The translations under genes were made by a program, and so were the position numbers. Below are positions 23,474 to 36,315 of a stretch of DNA of 64,000 nt, piece after piece. This stretch comes from Azolla caroliniana (lineage: Eukaryota; Plantae; Polypodiophyta). Location of the stretch: positions 19,592,001 through 19,656,000 of the forward strand of contig JBHGNT010000014.1 in assembly GCA_043228905.1 (NCBI GenBank), in the 5' to 3' direction. Position 1 is the first letter of the stretch. Every line of letters starts with the position of its first letter. The notes below the pieces were generated by a model. It was not told the origin of the DNA, searched no databases, and saw only the letters and a list, made by a program, of their open reading frames with translations.

Positions 23474-25501
23474 GAGCCCACGTGAGATTGGAGAGATAGA
23501 AGGTGGCGGCAGTAAAGTGGACGATCGAAACGACGACGAGGAAGGTCATAGCGGACGGAGGAGAGACCGGAGACTACGGCGGTTGCACCCGAGTGTGGAC
23601 ATAAGTCCGGAGAGATGGGCGGTGGCCGTGAGGATGCGAGGCCCGGAACAGGCATACCCAAAGGTACCGAAGGAGAGGCCGGGAGTGGCAACAAGGAGAG
23701 AGTCGGGAACCGACCCGAGCGGAAGACGAACCGGTCGGTAATCAGACACAACCGGAAGACGACGCGGAAGAAGATTGGAGCAAGGGCCGGTCAACCGGGC
23801 CCGAATGGAAGAAGAGCCGGCAAGGCAGGAATTGTTTTGCCGAACCCTTACTGGCCGGTTACGATCACGGAAGGGAGCTGACCAAACCGGAACATGATCA
23901 ATCGGGATCAAACCGGGCAAGGACCAAACCGGCATGATTGGAGATCGGGGAAGACGAGTCGCAACACATGGTGGGAGCCGGTGACCGCGAGAAGGAGACC
24001 AAGCGGACATGATGACTAGGGTTCCGGAGAAGACCGGAAACGAGCGAAACCCTGCCCACTTATTCTAGAGACTTTGGCGGTTGCGGATCAACATAAGATT
24101 GGAGAGACGGCGGGTGGCAGTGAGGAGTCGGAGACCGGAACGGACGAGGCTACTGGAACGGGTACCCGATACGTGAAGATGGACGAGCACGGCCAAGAGG
24201 GCCAAACGGAGACGGAAGAGTGTACGGCAACGAAGGACGAAGAGACCGACGCGGAGGTCGGGTCTACGGTGGATGAGGCGTGTAATACGAAGTATGCATT
24301 ATGGCGTAAAACGGAGCATGCTCTACAGCCGCTCGAGGGCCAAGAAAACGAGCATGTATTTGGAAGAGCCACAACGAGTGACCGGTGATAGCGGTCCGGT
24401 CGAGCCTTTGAGAGGCAAAAGCGCGGCGAGATGCCGGGATCGGCAGATGGGCGGCGAGAGCGAAGGATGGTGCGCGGAGAACAACGGGGTACACACCGGG
24501 AAGAGAAAACGCGGCGGCTTCCCGGAGGGCATGCAAGGCCAATCGGGCCAAGAGAGTGCAAGTCGAGGCGAGCCGGTAACGAGAGCCTCGAGGGACACTG
24601 ACACGGAGGTCGGGATGACGGTACGCTCTATGGCAACAGAGCACGACGGGCAAAGGAGAATCAAGGAACACAGAATGGGGTCGCCTAAGGGCCAAAGAAT
24701 GAGTGCATATTCGGGGGACAACATCGGCGCACGGGAAGAGCCTACGGAAGGCAAGCGCGGAGCAGGAAGAGTAGACACACCGACATGTTCGGCATGCCGA
24801 GACGATAAAACCAAAGGAGCAGCACGCTGTTGAGGTTTTCCTCGCGAATGCGTGGAATGAGGCGGGACCTCAGGGGTCCTGTACCGAAGAGCAAGAGAGA
24901 AAGGACACAGGGACACAACCCTTCGACACAAAGACACGAGTGGGACAGCGACACAGAGAGACACGAATGTATGTATGTATTAACAAGGACAACAACAAGA
25001 ACACGGAATCAACAAAACACGAAGTCGGTTACAACCGAACAGGCCGGCGAACAGATGCCGATACCTGTTCGTAAACGCATAGAAAGGAAGGAGTAGGTTG
25101 GAGGTGCTGCCGGAAGCACTCGGGCATTCCTCAGAGCAGCGCGAGCCTCCCGAAACCTGCACAGAAGGAAGCTATGGAGCCTGCGAACCCGAGAGAGAGA
25201 GAGAGAAGCCTTCGCACCCAATCCGACAACACTTCGTCCTCGACTCTCCGCGATCCCCCGCCCCTTCTCGTCTCCCTCCCTTTTATAGGCAAGGAAGGAG
25301 CCGTTTCCCCTTTACTTCCTACCCACTAAATCTACCCGCCTAGGATCTTCTATGGACAACATTCGAGAAGAGCCGATTCCTACACTCCTGTGCACCGATT
25401 CCGCTTGTGGACGGTTTTCTTCACGACATCCGCCCCCACCTAACCGCGCATCCACCGGCATGCGCCAAATTGAGTTGGGACGGAGAAAACCGGTCCAGCC
25501 T

Positions 25502-28500
25502 TCATTCCCCGCCCGTCGGTTCTTCCTCGGTTTCGGATCGTTCGTCGTCGCGGTCCAGGCCAACCGGATCCGACTCGTCGTCGTGACGCTTCTTGAACAC
25601 TTTGATCCGCTTCCCCGCTACCGGTATCGCCATTCTCGTACCGTCGAGTTCCGCCAGATGGTACGTCCCGTTGTCGTTGGCGCTTCGTACCACGTAAGGC
25701 CCGAACCACCTTCTTGCGAACTTCCGTGTCGCTCGGTGCTGGTTGTCAAGGTTGCTGTCGTAGACAAGCACCCAGTCGCCTTCCTCGATCTTCTTCGGTC
25801 GGAGGCGGTGCGTTCGGTCGAACCGGGCTTTGTTCCTCATCCTTGCTTCCCGAAGCTTTTCCGCAGCCTGCTCCACGTCCTCTGGTCTTCGCTCGAGCTG
25901 TCGTATGCGCGCCGCCAACAGTTCCTCCCGGCTCATCTCGTCTCTCCAGTCCACGGTTGCCCATGAGGAGATCCTACGTTCCATCGGCATGATCGGCTTC
26001 TGCCCAAACATCAGCTCTGCCGGCATGAATCCGGTTACCGAACTGTGCGTAGTTCGGTCCGCCCACAACGCGTAAGGCAACAGCCGCGGCCAGTTCCCGA
26101 CTTGACCTCCGCATGCCCGAACTAACGCCTTGACGATTGGTCTGTGTCCGCGCTCCACCTTCCCATTCGCCTTTGGATTGTATGCAGTGGTAAGCGAGAG
26201 CTTGACTCCTAGCCGGTCGAACAGCTCCTCGGCCTCTTCGGCGTCCAACTCCCCGCGATCAGCCACGATCTTCCCGACGCACCCGTACCGGCATATCACG
26301 TCCTCGATCAGGAACCGACACACGGCCGCGGTCGATTTGTTCTGAAGGGCTCGGCCTTCTACCTGGTTCGTCAGATCTTCCCGAGCCAGGACCAGATACC
26401 GCATCTGTCCTACTCCCATCGGCATCGTCACCAGATCTACCATCCATTTGAAGTGGATGGTCGGAGGGTACGTAGGGTGAAGCTCGTCCCGATGTCGGAC
26501 TATGGAGTGCATCTGACAGCTCTCGCAAGTTGTCACGAACCGATGCACGTCCCGGTACAGTCCGGACCACCAGTACTTCCCCTTTATCTTCTCGAACATG
26601 GCCCACGTTCCACGGTGTCCAGCCCAAGGGCTGTCGTGGTAGGCCGTCAGCAGCTCCTCCTGTTCTTCCTTCATCGCCACCACCCGAAGCGGGACGCCGT
26701 TCCTCTTCTTCGGGTGCTTCCATAAGTATCCGTCCCGGAGAAAGAATCGGTATGCTTTCTTCCGGATCCGGTTTGCCTCGTCCCTCGTCCATGACGCATC
26801 CGGCGTCATTGTCCTCAAAAACCCACCGATCTAGAGCCACTCGCCGTCGTACTTGCTCTCGTCGAAGCCGTTAAGTGCCGGAGTGCTCGCCCCATCGGTC
26901 GTCACGTACGCCGCCTCAAAGAAGTCCACGCTGACTCCTTCGTCCTCCGAAACCATGCCGTCCTCGTCATCAAACCTCGCCCTCGAAAGCATGTCGGCCA
27001 TGGCGTTGTCTTTTCCGGAAATGTGTCGTATTTCCGGGTCCAGGGACTTGATGTACGCTATCCACCTGAGCATCGCCAGGTCCGGTGTCACGCATCCGGA
27101 AACCATGCCGAGAATCGGCAGGCAATCCGTCTCGATAACCACTTCTGTCCCGATCAGGTAGTCTTTGTCGGCCTTTACCGCCGAAACGATACCCCAGAGT
27201 TCGCGTTTAACTTGGGCGTACCCTCGCTGTCGTTCACTGAGGACCTTCGCGCCGAATCGGATCGGGAACCGAATGCCGTCCCCGTCTTCTTGGTTGACGA
27301 CCCATCCGATCCCGGTCGGACTCGTATCCACCGTTATGTATACCGGGGTACCCTTCTCGTAGACAGCCTTCCGGAGCACCGGTGCTGCCGCAAGAGCTTC
27401 CTTCAGCTTCCGGACCGACTCCGTGTGCTTGTCTCGCCACTCGAATTTTCGCCCTTTCTTCAGCAACCCGTATAGCGGCTCCACAACGTGGGCGTAATGC
27501 GGGATCCATATGTGGTAGAATGCGCATGCCCCCAAGAACCTCCGAACTTCCGTAACCGAGCTACATTCGGTTTTCATCGCCGAAATGGCTTCTACCTTTG
27601 CCGGAGACGGCTTCCGGCCATATGGTCCACATAGGTGTCCAACCACCAGGATTTCCGATTGCCCGAAGGCCGATTTCTCCCCGGAGAAGGTGAGCCTCGC
27701 ATCCTCTAGCCTTTGTAGCACCTTCTCGCAGTCGCCGATGTGTGTTGCCACGAATCGCCGGTATCCGTCCGGCCCGACTGTCTCGTCCTTCTCTTCCACC
27801 GGGCACCCTTTGATAGGGATGTCGTCTAGAAACGGCATGGTGATGTCCGGGATGCAATCCCTCAGTACCTTGTTCATTGCATTCACCATGTGGGCCACCG
27901 AGTTGGTCCCTCCATGTGGCAGGGTACACATTCGCACTAGGCCGAGGGGAGTTCGCATCGTCGTAATGTCTCTGCTCTCCACGGCTAGCTGGAACTGGTC
28001 GTACCCCGAGTACAGATCACCGACCGAGTAAATCGACCTTCCAGCGAAGGCTTCCGCGACTCGTCTATGGTCGGTCCGATTCCTGCGTTCCGAATGGTCA
28101 CTCTGTTGACCGGCTGCAGGTCCTGAATGAAGCGCAATGTTCCGTTTTTCTTTGGTACGGTAAACCATCGGTTCGAGTATGGCACGCTCGACGGTTCGAG
28201 AATACCCATATCGACTTTCTGCCTCAGTACCTCCATCAACTCCGGGATGTGAGCTCTTGGTACCGGAATCGGCTTGAGATTCCACGGCACATGCGGTATC
28301 GTGAATATCACCATCGGCTCCACGATTGTCGGGTCTACGCACCCGATCTCTTCCGGCGAGAATGCGAAGGCTTTCCCATGCCTTCCAAGCATTCTCCGAA
28401 ACCGGTCTTCCTCCGCTGGCAGTAGGAACCCGCCCCCACCGATCTTGAGCTCCCGGAGCGTCCCGTCGGTGAAGGTGTGTCCTATGCAGGCCGGATCTCG

Positions 28501-28974
28501 TAAACTGGGGTCCGACGCCACCCCTCTGATTTGAGACTCACTGCCCTCCGGCAAGGGTGCCGCGACTAGCCTTACCTTCCGGTCCACAGTCTTGTACTTC
28601 GTGCTAACTCGGGCCGTCCGATCCGACCCGAGCCCCCGACTGAAGTTCGCGATGACTTCGTACATCTCTTCGGAACATACCGGTATTGTCCAGTCTTCGT
28701 TAAGGTCTTCTCCGGAAACCTTCCTCAGCATCGCCAAGGTGTCCTCGAAGGAGACTGCCTCCACGGCCCCGCTGATTTCCTCGTCCGGGCTGAGAACTCC
28801 GCACGCTCGAAGTCGCACTTCCGCCCTTGTCTTTTCTCGGCCAACGATGCCGACTATCATACACCCTCCGTTGTCGGAGAAGCAAAATCTCCTACCTATC
28901 GTACAGTCGTGGGGTCTTTCCCGAGTGTCCGGACTGTCTCGGCCCCACGCCTTGGCAGCCCTCTCTAAAAATCC
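25502..28974 (-). pseudogene. Gypsy pol (RT-RNase H-integrase)
   Basis: DLYSGYDQ, FLDD, VDTSPTGIG, H..GH..CESC, ADRGE, WFGPY. One frameshift near 28060 and one stop at 26831. No chromodomain seen. Confidence 0.93.
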
Positions 28975-31118
28975 TCCCGGTTCTCGCCACCGAGGGATTC
29001 GCGGTTTCGCTCGTGGTTCGGTCGCACCGTCAGAAATTGGACCGAATGGCGCCCGTCCTGGCTTTTGACCCTCGCGTAGGCCGAACCGTTGTCTAGCACC
29101 TTGGTCTCCATTCTCGCCGCTGTGATGTATGGTTCCCCTAATATGACCGGATGCGAGGACGTCTCCTGTACGAAGAAGTGCTGGTCAATCTCGACGTCGT
29201 CGATCTTTACTCGCACATTCGGGCAGGCCCCATGCAGTTCGTCGGTGGCGCGCGTCACCGCCCGTATCTTCCACCCGTGCCTGGTGTTGATAGGCCACTT
29301 TCCCTTCTTATAGAAGTCCATTGACATCAGGTTTATTTCCGAACCGTGGTCCACCAATGCCACCACCGGCTCCTGAACATCTTCGATCTTCACCGGGGTC
29401 TCCGTGGTTGCTCGGGCCCAGTGCAGCCTTGAATAGTGGCTCTCCGCCCACTCATCTTCCAGCGCCATGTCGTCGATGTGCGTCGTCCGCACCTCCACCG
29501 GTCTTTCCGGTTCCGTCTCCGTCAACAGCCTCTTCCGTTTCACCAGGTCTACAATGGAGTCGTGGAACTCCTTCTTGGCGATCCCTAACACCTCTCGCAA
29601 TGACAGCTCCACTTTGCTGTCGAGGATCCGTTCTTCTAGGACCTTTCGTAGGTCCGTAGTCCTTTCTATCTCCGTCCCCAGTCGGTATCCGCCCTTCCTG
29701 GGGTTATCTTGCGAGCTGGACCCGCCGGCATCGTTCCGTCGTTGCCCGAATAGGGTCTCGTACCGTTGTGAGGGCCCGGCCGCTCCGGCTTTCCCCACTC
29801 GTTTGTCTTCTACCAGAGCCTCGTAGTTCCGGCAGGCGGCATCTATGAAGCCCGTCTTCTCCTCGACCGGATCGCACCACCCGGTTATTTCCCGGACCCA
29901 TCTCTCAGCGCGGTCCGTTTCATCTTTCCTTAGCCGTGCGCTGGCAAGACCTTCCAGCATTGCCGACCAGAATCCGTCTTTGCCCTCTGTTCGGGCCTCG
30001 CTGCCCCTGACCCGAATTCCGGCCGACGCCAAGTAGTGGATGGCCTCTACGTGTCGGGCCGCTGCCTCTTCCATCAGTCTCTTCATACCTCCTCGCCCGT
30101 CATTTCAGTTCAGGGCCCTCCTGGTGTCGCCGGCGTGCACCCGGCCTTCCCACAGGTACACCACCCGGTTCCTCAACGCCTCTGCGAAATCGCCGTAGTC
30201 CTTCCAAATGTGGCCGACCTCGTCGCACCACATGCACCTGTTCCCCGCTGCCGGCCGTTGGTCACGAGCCGGTTCGCCGCCTTCCCTTCGAGTCTGGGCG
30301 ATCTGGAGATCCTTTATCGCCCACGTCAACTCCTCCAGCGCTGCTCCTCCGGACGAGCCATTGACCATGCCGGTCGAAGCCGGACCGGTTTCGAGCCATT
30401 CCCGGGTTTCTTCCCTTCGCACTTGCGGTGCCGGTTCAAGCCTCCTTGCTGTGACAGAGCCCGCACCGGCCGCCCCGTTGTCAGCCCATTCTCGCCGTTT
30501 GTCGAAACGGCCACAGACTCTCTTAACCGCTGCCCAGTTGGTCGTCAGCCCGTCTTCGGTTTCCAGCAAGGAGCCGACTTGATCCCGGTCCCGCTCGTCC
30601 ACCGTCTTGACGAACAGCAGGACCCGGCTCGTATCTAGAATGGTTCGGTCAAGCGTCGAAAGGCGCGCAAAGAGTTCTTCGAACTCCCCGAGGAGTGCCG
30701 ACGCATTTCTTCCCTTGCCGGGGGACTCCACCCATCCCATGAAGTCTCGTTTCGAAAGCCGGAGCGTGTCGTCCAGCCCGTATTTTTCCAGGAGTCGGCC
30801 TTCGAACTCCTCCCAGGTACGGCTCTCCGCCCGCACCTCGAGCACCTCCGCATGGATGCTCGGCATCGCCACTCGAGGAAGCCCGGCAAGACGCCTCTCT
30901 TCCGAAATGTCCCGCATCAGCATTTCTGCCCCGTAGGACGCCAAATACTTCGTGGCATCCTTTCTGCTGAACCGGCCGATCGTACCGACGACCGCCTCAA
31001 TGGCTCTGTTGAGGGCGCCGGAGCCCTCGCGTGCGCTCAGTATCCGATCCACGGCCGAAGCCATGGCCTCTGCAAGATCCGACCCTTTCATCTTCTGCTC
31101 TTCTGCCACCTCTTTCAC
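28965..31118 (-). pseudogene. Gypsy gag-protease ORF
   Basis: Two same-frame ORFs split by one TGA. Degenerate knuckle CMWCDEVGH and aspartic protease ALVDHGSEINLM...ILGEPY. Confidence 0.88.
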
Positions 31119-33040
31119 GTCGGGTTCACCAAGATGTCGAGGTTTTCCTCGCGGATGCGTGGAATGAGGCGGGACCTCAGGGGTCCTGTACCGAAGAGCA
31201 AGAGAGAAAGGACAAGAGACCCACTACGTGTGAACGTAGATTCACAGGGACACGGCCCTTCGACACAAAGACGCGAGTGGGACAGCGACACAGAGAGACA
31301 CGAATGTATGTATGTATTAACAAGGACAACAACAAGAACACGGAAGCAACAAAACACGAAGTCGGTTACAACCGAACAGGCCGGCGAACAGATGCCGATA
31401 CCTGTTCATAAACGCACTGAAAGGAAGGAGTAGGTTGGAGGTGCTGCCAGAAGCACTCGGGCACTCCTCAGAGCAGCGCGAGCCTCCCGAAACCTGCACA
31501 GAAGGAAGCTATGGAGCCTGCGAACCCGAGAGAGAGAGAGAGAAGCCTTTGCACCCAATCCGACAGCACTTCGTCCTCGACTCTCCGCGATCCCCTGCCC
31601 CTTCTCGTCTCCCTCCCTTTTATAGGCAAGGAAGGAGCCGTTTCCCCTTTACTTCCTACCCACTAAATCTACCCGCCTAGGATCTTCTATGGACAACATT
31701 CGAGAAGAGCCGGTTCCTACGCTCCTGTGCACCGATTCCGCTTGTGGACGGTTTTCTTCACGACAACGCAAAGGGTGGAAACCGGAGTGCGATTGGACAG
31801 ATCTGGAGCGCATCCGGAGGACATACGAGGCGGACCAAGAGGGTGTACCTCATGGCGAAGCGGCAACATCAGAGGTAGCAGAGGACACCGAAGACGAGAG
31901 CACCGACACGGATGTCGGGGAAGCAATATACCTTTTCAAAAGGGTACGTAGAGCGGAGCGGAGTGCGAGACGTGCGATGTGGCCGCGTAAGGGCCAAGCG
32001 ACGAGCACAAGGATGATCGATGACGAAGTTCGGCGCGTGATAGTGTCGAGCCGAGGAAGTGGCCGAGGCAAGACAAGCGTGGACGAAGAGCACACGGAGC
32101 AATATCCGACAAACAGTAGGGAAGAAAGAGGATTCGGTCCAAGGTCACGCACAGAAAACGAAGGAAGACAAAGAGAGGTGTGCGAAGACTGGGGCTGGCG
32201 GACCGGGCGGAGACAGTGGTTCGGCGAACTCCGTCGAGTATGGTGGATCGGATGGAGCCGACTGTTCGAAAGCATATGACAGATATGACGGACCAGGAGG
32301 CTACGGTGGTCCATGTGGGACGGATGGGCTTGCTCGAAGTGGAAGACGAAGTCGGGGAAAGGTGACAAAGATGCTAAGGACTCGGTTGACCGCCATGGCC
32401 GAAAATATCACCTCTTTCCCCCTTCTTGGCACATGCCGGTGGATGTGCGGTTTAGTGGGGGTGGATGTCGTGAAGATTTTTGTCCATAGGGGGAAACCGG
32501 GGTGGAATGGGCAAGTCGGTGGTGTGCAACATGTGCACACGTATAGTAGGAAATGGTGTGTAGAAATAAGAGGGGAGATTTTATCCCACATTGTAAGGTC
32601 CCTCCCTCCTTGGGCTATAAAAGGAAGGGAGGGGTCACTTATGAAGGGTTGCCTATTTTGCGTATGAAAGGTATACCACTTAGTCTAGAGTTCTTACCGT
32701 TTTAGGGTTAGGGTTTCGTTTAGGGTTTCCTTGTTCATCCCCGGTTAGGGTTTTCTCATGGTCGTTTGGTGCGGCCCATGCGGCCACCAATTTGGTAATC
32801 ATTCATTTGCTTTAATATATCTTGTTCAGTATCTTGCCTCCGCGGATCTCTCCTTCTATGTCATGGTCTTATTCTTTCTTCTTCTCCTCTTGAGCTAAGC
32901 TTCTAAAGCTATCTTATTCTTTCTCCTCTACTCCCTAGTTCGAGACCCCGGTGGTCCCGCCCCTTCTACACACACGCGCGTAACAACGCGACATCGGAAA
33001 GATTAATGATGTGACACTCGTCATTTTAAAGGGAGGATAG

Positions 33041-33444
33041 TGTCATGATATGGCAAGACTCGAACCCGTGACCTTAGGTTACATAGGTCGAGCTCTTGAC
33101 TATTATACCATCTATCGTAATACGTGGGATATTATTTTCATTTAAGTTTTATTATAGAAAATTGATGTATATTCCAGATTACTCTGGAACATTCGAGAAA
33201 CTTCAAGAGTATTCCTTAGAATACTATAAAAGGAGGCACAAGGCATTATTTCGAACCAAATCGGTTCAACGCCAATCTTAAGCCTCCTAGCTACTATTGT
33301 ATACTCTCTTCACATAATATATATTTTTTATCATCATTCTCTCACCCTATCTCTCTCTCTTTCTCACTCTCTCTTTCCTTCTCTCGAGAGTTCTACACCT
33401 CTCTTAGTACTAATTCCTTCTCTGTCTTAGTACTAATCCTAACA
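33041..33444 (+). mobile_element. 3' LTR of the chromovirus-like Gypsy
   Basis: TGTCATG...CCTAACA directly after PPT AAAGGGAGGATAG. TATAAAA at ~33225. Confidence 0.88.
33056..33110 (-). promoter_or_regulatory. tRNA-like A/B-box cassette in LTR U3
   Basis: Minus strand TGGTATAATAG ... GGTTCGAGTCT. Confidence 0.65.
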
Positions 33445-35259
33445 TTTGGTGGAGGTGCCATCCCTTCGCTGCGGCGAGTGCAATTGATGTCCTTACAGTT
33501 GTTATCTTTGCCATCGGGGCAAAGGTTTCTTCGTAGTCTATGCCATGCATTTGCGCATAGCCTTTCACAACGAGTCGTGCTTTGAAGTGATTTACGGATC
33601 CGTCGGCATTGTATTTTACTTTGTATATCCATCTGCAGCCAATCGGTTTCTTGTTCAGGGGGAGAGGAATGAGATCCCATGTCTCGTTTTTGCATAAAGC
33701 TTCTATATCCTCATTCATCTCGTCGACCCATCGCAGATCCTTTGCGTCTTCGGAAAGTGTTTCGGTTCCCTTACTGATGCTACTTTCATCATAAAAGCGT
33801 AGTGATACGCCATGTACTCGTTGTAACCGTAGCGGTTTACGGGGATCGGCGTAGCTCTCGATCTGTGGGGAGTATGGCTTTCTTCACTCCATCTTTGCGG
33901 ATGTCGAGATCTTCAAATTCACTGTCAAGAGAGTGAAGCATCTCATTCTCTTCCTGATCTTCATATTCCCGCATTTTCACCTTCCCTTTGTCTAGCTTTG
34001 GACTCGGTCGACATGTGCTTTCATTGCTCGGTGGCTCTGATGGCCCACTCCGCCGTGTCGTAATTGGGTTGTCTTCTAACATCTGTGTGAACTGATCCTC
34101 AGCTTCTATTTCTATTTAAGTGTCATCCGCGTCAAGCGGGGTTGGAGTCGAAGTATTCTCTAGTGCGTACCAGGATGCGTATTCGTCGAAGACTACGTCT
34201 CGACTTGTTCGAACCTTATGGGTAGATAGGTTGTAGCATTTGTACCCCTTCTATTCGAGTGAGTATCCTACGAGGATACATTTCTCTGACTTTGGGTCAA
34301 GCTTTTGCCGCGTATCGTCGGGAATATGTATGTAGGCGATAAAACCGAAAATGCAGACATGTGACAAGTCCGGCTTCTTTCCGAAGAATTTCTCATGCGG
34401 AGTTATATCGTGTACTCCCGAGGTGGTGCACCTGTTCATGAGATATGTGGCCGTATTTGCCGCTTGTGCCCAATATGATTTCGACAGGTTCTCCTCGTTC
34501 ATCATGGCTCGTGCGACTTTTACTACATGGCGATTTTTACACTCTGCTACGCCGTTTTGCTGAGGCGTGTGTCGACACGAGAATTCTCGTCGGATTCCTT
34601 CTTTTCGGAGATATGCTGAAAATTCATCCAAAAAATATTCTTTGCCTCCATCTGATAGAAGACAACGTACATGCTGACCTGTAGTTTTTTCGACTTCGGC
34701 TTTGAATGTGTGGAAGTGCCTGAATACTTCACTCTTCTGCTTCATAGGATAGATCCAAGTGTTCCTGGAGAAGTTGTCGATGAACGTGACATAGTATCAA
34801 CATCCGCCGAATGTTGTTGTCTGGGATGGTCCCCACACATCTGAATGCACGACATCCAGGATTCCTTTGCTCACATTCCGCTCTTTGGGGAATGGGTGAC
34901 GGCATTGCTTTCCGAACTGACATGCTTCGCATACGCTTGTAATCTCCTTCGCCATTTCTCTGTATAGGATATGGAGTACCCAGTAAGAACCGGAGGGAAG
35001 AACCGGTGAGGACCGAAACCGGTAATGAGACCTGGCAAGAGCTAGATGAAGAGAGTCGGTGAGAAACGAATGAAGAGGACCGGTAAGGAGGATCCGGTAA
35101 GAACCGGATGAAGCAGAATCGGCAAGAGCCGGATGAAGAAGGCCGGCGAGAGTCTCTCACCAGATGAAGAGACATATTTAAATAGAAGAAAGTATAAAAT
35201 TATATATTACATGCAGAGGTAGAAGAAAGTATAAAATTATATATTACATGCATAGGGCA

Positions 35260-35313
35260 GGATTCGAACCTTGCACCTCCATGTTAATAATGTTAAGCCT
35301 TATCATTATACCA
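35260..35313 (-). promoter_or_regulatory. tRNA-like A/B-box cassette in LTR U3
   Basis: Minus strand TGGTATAATGA ... perfect B box GGTTCGAATCC. Confidence 0.7.
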
Positions 35314-36315
35314 ACGTATTATGAATTTTAAAGTTATACTAAACTTTATCCCATGTAAATATTCTAGACATGCATGGTACAAAAAGTTATTCATGCATAG
35401 ACACTCGAGTTAAAAGAAAAGATGAGATAGAAAGGTAATCATGCACATGCAGTGTGCATGAAAACTAAAGATAGGAAAAGCATGATGCTTGCATGTGATA
35501 AACTTAAACTCTTCCAACACTATATAAGGAAGAGAGAAAGATGTATAGAGGTTGTTGATTATTTTACAAGGGTTGATTAATATAATATAATCGTGGGATC
35601 CACAAATTTGCTAACTATTTTTCTCTTTTAATTTGAGTACTCACTAATACACTATACTCGTGGGATTCACAAGTTTTTCATATCTTTCTTTCTTACAATA
35701 TATTTCACATGCTTAATTGCATTAGAATTTTCTTTCCTCCTAGTCCAAAACCCTAGTGGTTCCCACCCGGCTCACGCAACGATCCGGAGCCGAAAGGCAC
35801 GACAGAAGTGGTGAACCCGACGTGAACACGGGTGGCAAGGAGATGGAAAATTAATCGGAGGCTAACAACATGATGATGATGTTCGAGCGGATGCTTCAGG
35901 AACAACGTGCGATGTCGGAGATAGCGGCGGCAGTAGAGTGGCTCGTGCAACGGATCGGGCAATTCAACGGAAAGGATGTATCACGCTATCTTCAGGACTA
36001 CAAGGCGGAAATGCTACGGTGCGGGATTTTGGAAGGACTGCAAGTGGCATCCTTCAACCGGGTGGCTACCGACGGGCTTCAAGCAAGTATCCACGGGCTA
36101 CGACAACAAAATCCGACGTGGGAAGCGTTTGAAGTGGCGCTAAAGACCACATTCGCTATCGAGGACTCCTCCAAGGCAACAGGGAGAGGATTCAAGGATT
36201 GGGTAGAAACGCCGGACAAGGGGATCAAGGTCCTCGATGTGTTTTCGGCATTCGAATGTCGGTTTGGGAGGTTGTATGCGAGAGATCAAGCTATCCTCAC
36301 ACCAGACAAAGTTAT

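Larger units (their letters stand above)
24828..31765 (-). mobile_element. Full-length Ty3/Gypsy element, tRNA-Trp primed, 4-bp TSD
   Basis: LTRs 24828-25428 and 31135-31765 (one 30-bp indel), TSD ACGC, PBS TGGTGAACCCGACGTGA at 31131-31115 complementary to the plant tRNA-Trp 3' end, PPT 25429-25443. Confidence 0.96.
21709..32993 (+). mobile_element. Gypsy-derived element of the Trp-primed group, internally deleted and nested
   Basis: 5' LTR stub 21709-21744 matches the start of 3' LTR 32466-32993. TSD TCGG, PPT TAGTGGGGGTGGA. Internal 23474-24827 resembles ~62990-63540. PBS deleted. Confidence 0.85.

Noticed and set aside
30105-30107. Programmed readthrough stop inside Gypsy gag
   Set aside because: The related element has a stop nearby but at a different codon, which fits independent decay.
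23199-32667. Many overlapping 60-210 aa ORFs on both strands
   Set aside because: They are shadow frames of GC-rich retroelement sequence with no independent motifs.
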